The notes under the pieces are model-generated. The model searched no databases. It had not been told where the DNA came from and saw only the letters and a program-made list of their open reading frames with translations. Positions 60,710 through 64,000 of a stretch of 64,000 nucleotides of DNA are shown one piece after another. This stretch comes from an uncultured Trueperaceae bacterium (GTDB lineage Bacteria; Deinococcota; Deinococci; Deinococcales; Trueperaceae), in the NCBI GenBank assembly GCA_963799485.1, contig CAWCXJ010000007.1:352001-416000 (forward strand). The letters run 5' to 3'. Each line of letters opens with the position of its first letter. Positions within the stretch are counted from its first letter, which is position 1. Both the position numbers and the translations under genes were made by a program.

Positions 60710-62821
60710 ATGACCTATTCGTTCGACGTTTTCGATACCTGCATCGTCAGAACCTGTGCGCGGCCTACCGACCTCTTCTACCTGCTCGCTGAAGAGCTGC
60801 TCCAAAAGAGCGGTCAACCCTACGGACGTGAGGAAGTCGGTGAGTTGGCGGCGCTGCGGGTCGCTGCCGAAAAGCGGGCGCACAAGACGGTGCAAGCCGA
60901 GGAGATTACGCTCGCCGACATTTACGGCGGCCTCGAGCTTGACGGCTGGGGCTTTTCAGCCTGCGAAATGCAGGACGCGGAAGTGAGGCTCGAGCTCTCC
61001 GTCACGCGCCCGGTCGTTCCGGTTCGTACCCGCATCGAAGCGTTACAAAAAGCCGGTGAGCGCGTGCTGTTCGTCTCCGACATGTACCTGCCGCGTGAGG
61101 TCGTGCGGGAGATGCTTTTGCGCTGCGGCTACACTGTACCGGACGAAACGCTTTACGTCTCGAGCGACGTCGGCAAGACCAAACGCGCGGGCAGTCTCTA
61201 CCGTCACGTTCTGGAGAAAGAAAATATCAGCGCCCGTGAGCTGCGGCACTGCGGCGACGGCGTGGAGAGCGACTTTTTGGGGGCGCGTAAAGCCGGCGTC
61301 CGTACCGAACTTTTTACGGGAACGCAGCTCAACCGCTTTGAAAAGGCGATGCTCACCGTGCCGAGCCGGTCGCCGTGGGCGACCTCGCAACTTGCCGGAA
61401 TCGCGCGGGTCACGCGCCTGAGCGTCCCTGACGAGGGGACACTTGCGGGCAGTGTAGCGCTTGCCGCGAGCGTCGTCGCGCCGCTGCTGGTCGGCTTTGT
61501 GACGTGGGTGCTGCAAGACGCCAAAGCTCGCGGTCTGAAACGGCTTTACTTTGTCGCCCGTGACGGGCAGGTGTTGCACAAAATCGCCCAGGCGCTCGAA
61601 CCCGAGCTGGAGGTTTGCTATCTTTACGGTTCCCGGCAAGCGTGGTATATCCCGTCGGCGTTCGCGGTGAGCCGCGAAGAACTCGAGTTCGTCCTCATGA
61701 CCGGGCAGTCGTCCGCGCCGCGTCACAACCTGAAGCGCCTCAACCTGACTCCGGAGGGGCTCGGCGGCCCGTTGCTACGGCACGGTTTTCCTAAAGAGAC
61801 GTGGGACGCGCAACTTACGGGTGAAGCCTACGGGCGGTTCTGGGCGTTTCTCGAGGACCCCGAAGTCGCGCCGCAAATCGCCCTACAAGCCGAGTCGGCG
61901 CGGGCGGCGGCGCTGGCATATTTCGAGCAAGAAGGACTTTTACGCGATGAGCACTGGGCGCTCGTCGATGTGGGTTGGACGCTCCGCACGCAGGGCTCAC
62001 TGCACAAGATTTTGGTTTCGGTGGGGCAGCCGCACACGTTTGGTTACTATCTGGGGATTTCCCAAACGCGCTTCTCGTCACGCGCGTACGGTCAGGGGCA
62101 GGCGTACCTTTTAGAGGAGGCTGAAAACGCAGCCCTGACCCCGGTACGCACCTTGTTTGAAAACAAAGGGCTTATCGACCAGGTTTTTACGATGGCCGAT
62201 CACGGCAGTACGAGCCGCTATGCCTGTGTAGACGGAAAGGTGGAGCCGGTCCTCTCGAAACTTCCGAATCATCCCCGGCGCGAGGCATTTTTACGCACTG
62301 TTCACGAACTCGTGACCCGGTTTGCCGAAGAGTTGGCGCAAAGTCCGGTCAAAAATTACGAACCCGAACTCAGAGCCTGCGCGCGGCTCGTCACGGGGAT
62401 GCTGATCGCCGAACCGACGCGGGCCGAGGCCCAGGCGCTCGCCTGGGCACCCATCAGCGACGACCCCAACGAACTGCGGGCCGCGCCGCTTGCCAAACCG
62501 CTCTCGGCGGGCGACCTGTTCGGTATCGGCCGAGACGTGTTCGGACGGGTACGGAAGCTGCGGGGGGGCAAGGCAGATACGGCAGAAAATCCAGCGAAAA
62601 AGGCAGCAGAGAACAAAACCGTCCCGACGCTCTTTTATAAAGACCTGTCGTGGGGGTTTTCGTGGCTCGAGGGCTCCGTCGCTATGTCCGGGCCGCTCGC
62701 CAAACTCGCCCTTAGAGGCTTTCGCACCCTGCAATATGTGAGCCGCGAGAAAAAAACGCTCGCCGCCAAACCCGTCACGGCGTGGCAACGGCTGAGACAG
62801 CTGCGGGGGCGGCGTGGCTAA
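60710..62821 (+). CDS. HAD-superfamily hydrolase of polysaccharide loci
   Basis: YSFDVFDT, VSDMYL, SSDVGKTK, HCGD...D, FVARDG, VDVGW; start may be 60695. Confidence 0.85.
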   Translation: MTYSFDVFDTCIVRTCARPTDLFYLLAEELLQKSGQPYGREEVGELAALRVAAEKRAHKTVQAEEITLADIYGGLELDGWGFSACEMQDAEVRLELSVTRPVVPVRTRIEALQKAGERVLFVSDMYLPREVVREMLLRCGYTVPDETLYVSSDVGKTKRAGSLYRHVLEKENISARELRHCGDGVESDFLGARKAGVRTELFTGTQLNRFEKAMLTVPSRSPWATSQLAGIARVTRLSVPDEGTLAGSVALAASVVAPLLVGFVTWVLQDAKARGLKRLYFVARDGQVLHKIAQALEPELEVCYLYGSRQAWYIPSAFAVSREELEFVLMTGQSSAPRHNLKRLNLTPEGLGGPLLRHGFPKETWDAQLTGEAYGRFWAFLEDPEVAPQIALQAESARAAALAYFEQEGLLRDEHWALVDVGWTLRTQGSLHKILVSVGQPHTFGYYLGISQTRFSSRAYGQGQAYLLEEAENAALTPVRTLFENKGLIDQVFTMADHGSTSRYACVDGKVEPVLSKLPNHPRREAFLRTVHELVTRFAEELAQSPVKNYEPELRACARLVTGMLIAEPTRAEAQALAWAPISDDPNELRAAPLAKPLSAGDLFGIGRDVFGRVRKLRGGKADTAENPAKKAAENKTVPTLFYKDLSWGFSWLEGSVAMSGPLAKLALRGFRTLQYVSREKKTLAAKPVTAWQRLRQLRGRRG

Positions 62822-63911
62822 ACGCGTTTTGTTCCTCCTCACCGGGCTCTATCACAACGGCGCAGTGCTCAGTACCCTGACGACCATCAAGCACCTCGAC
62901 CGGACGAAATTCACCCCCGAACTGTTCGTCTTAGAACCCGGCGAAGCGTGGCCTGAACTGCTCGAGAACACGCCTGTTACTTACGGTTTGAGACCGGGCG
63001 AACAGGTCAGGGCGCACGTGCCGCAAGTCTTGATGCGGCTCTGGCGGGTGTTGCGGCGGGCGGACATTTTGGTCGGCGGCCTCGAGATGACCCCGACCTT
63101 TTTGGCTATTTTGCTCGGTAAGCTGACCGGCAAACCCGCCGTGGGGTTCGTGCGCAACTCGCTCCCGGAACTCTTAAAAAGTATGCCGGGCCGCTACGCT
63201 ACGCTTACGAAGCGCCTCTATCCGGGGCTGGCGCGGGTGGTCGCGATTTCGAGCGGGATTCAGGAGAGCGTCGAACGTCTTATCCCGGCGCTTCAGGGAC
63301 GGGTACGGACGGTGCATATCCCCCTCGAGCTGGGTAAGGTGACAGACCGTGCGTCGGAGCCGCTGCCTGATGCCCCAAAAGAGCCGTACCTCGTCGCGGT
63401 AGGGCGGCTCGAGCCGCAAAAAGGCTTTGACATTCTCTTGCGCGCCTACGCTGAGCTGCGTAGGCGCGGCGTCACCCTACCGCTCGTGATTGTCGGTGAG
63501 GGCAAAGACAAGACGAAGTTGCACGAGCTGGCACAATCTCTAGGGATTGCCGAGTGTGTCGTCTTTACCGGCTTTCAGGCGAATCCGTACCCGTGGCTGG
63601 CGGGGGCCGCGGTGTTCGTCTCGAGTTCACGCTTTGAAGGTTTTTGCCGCGTGATTGCTGAAGCTTTAGCCGTCGGGACGCCGGTCGTCGCCACCGATTG
63701 CCCGAGTGGGCCGGCAGAGGTACTCGAGTACGGCCGCGCAGGCATTATCGTTCCAAATGAAGACGCGTCTGCGCTCGCTGACGGTATCCATAGGCTGCTT
63801 AACGATAAAGCTTTGCAAGACAAACTGCGCACTTACGGGCCGCTAAGAGCAGCAGCGTTTACCCCGGCCTCGACAGTGCGGGCGTTCGAGGATGTGCTGA
63901 GTGAGGTATAG
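62814..63911 (+). CDS. Glycosyltransferase family 4
   Basis: VGRLEPQKG, NPYPW, SSRFEGF..VIAEALA.GTPVVATDCPSGP.E. Confidence 0.93.
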   Translation: MAKRVLFLLTGLYHNGAVLSTLTTIKHLDRTKFTPELFVLEPGEAWPELLENTPVTYGLRPGEQVRAHVPQVLMRLWRVLRRADILVGGLEMTPTFLAILLGKLTGKPAVGFVRNSLPELLKSMPGRYATLTKRLYPGLARVVAISSGIQESVERLIPALQGRVRTVHIPLELGKVTDRASEPLPDAPKEPYLVAVGRLEPQKGFDILLRAYAELRRRGVTLPLVIVGEGKDKTKLHELAQSLGIAECVVFTGFQANPYPWLAGAAVFVSSSRFEGFCRVIAEALAVGTPVVATDCPSGPAEVLEYGRAGIIVPNEDASALADGIHRLLNDKALQDKLRTYGPLRAAAFTPASTVRAFEDVLSEV

Positions 63912-63956
63912 AACTGAAGCTACGTACTGTTGCCGTAAGGTCGATAGGAGAGAGCT

Positions 63957-64000
63957 GTGAACGTCCTCATAACGAGTGCGGGCAGGCGCGTTTCGCTGCT
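63957..64000 (+). CDS. 5' end of a second ATP-grasp protein (truncated by window edge)
   Basis: SD AGGAG then GTG-NVLITSAGRRVSL, similar to NLLLTSAGRR of the 49.5-kb ORF. Confidence 0.7.
   Translation, partial: MNVLITSAGRRVSL

Noticed and set aside
1..64000. tRNA/rRNA genes, transposases, integrases, prophage or defence systems
   Set aside because: None recognised by eye in any ORF or intergenic gap; a tRNAscan/Rfam run would be needed to exclude small RNAs.

Overview
A ~60% GC chromosomal window from a Deinococcota bacterium. Trueperaceae-like is my inference from r-protein, SigA and RpoA sequences, the upp-wecA-wecB cluster and pervasive leaderless genes. 1-12.5 kb is the S10 (3' part), spc and alpha ribosomal protein superoperon (rplB to rplQ, with secY, adk, map, infA, rpoA); rpmD and rpmJ were missed by the ORF track. 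The rest is housekeeping and envelope genes: lpdA, a Crp/Fnr regulator, upp-wecA-wecB (wecB frameshifted), plsY, recO, a Pat-type acetyltransferase, fabH, nfuA, thiN, azlCD, a heterodimeric ABC exporter, glyA, miaA, Hsp20, an LptC/LptA/LptA-like cluster, rpoD, an amino-acid ABC pair and scattered polysaccharide genes. I saw no rRNA, tRNA, CRISPR array or intact mobile element. Best leads: (1) a membrane GGDEF-EAL protein divergent from an AfsA/FabZ-like double-hotdog enzyme, a candidate signal synthase/receptor pair, whose promoter shares a 14-bp motif with a sulfotransferase gene; (2) an unannotated leader peptide with terminator/antiterminator ahead of the ABC exporter; (3) three dispersed heptamer-built palindromes; (4) a 14-bp tandem array between miaA and Hsp20; (5) strong over-representation of CTCGAG. 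All calls come from reading the sequence; no searches were run.
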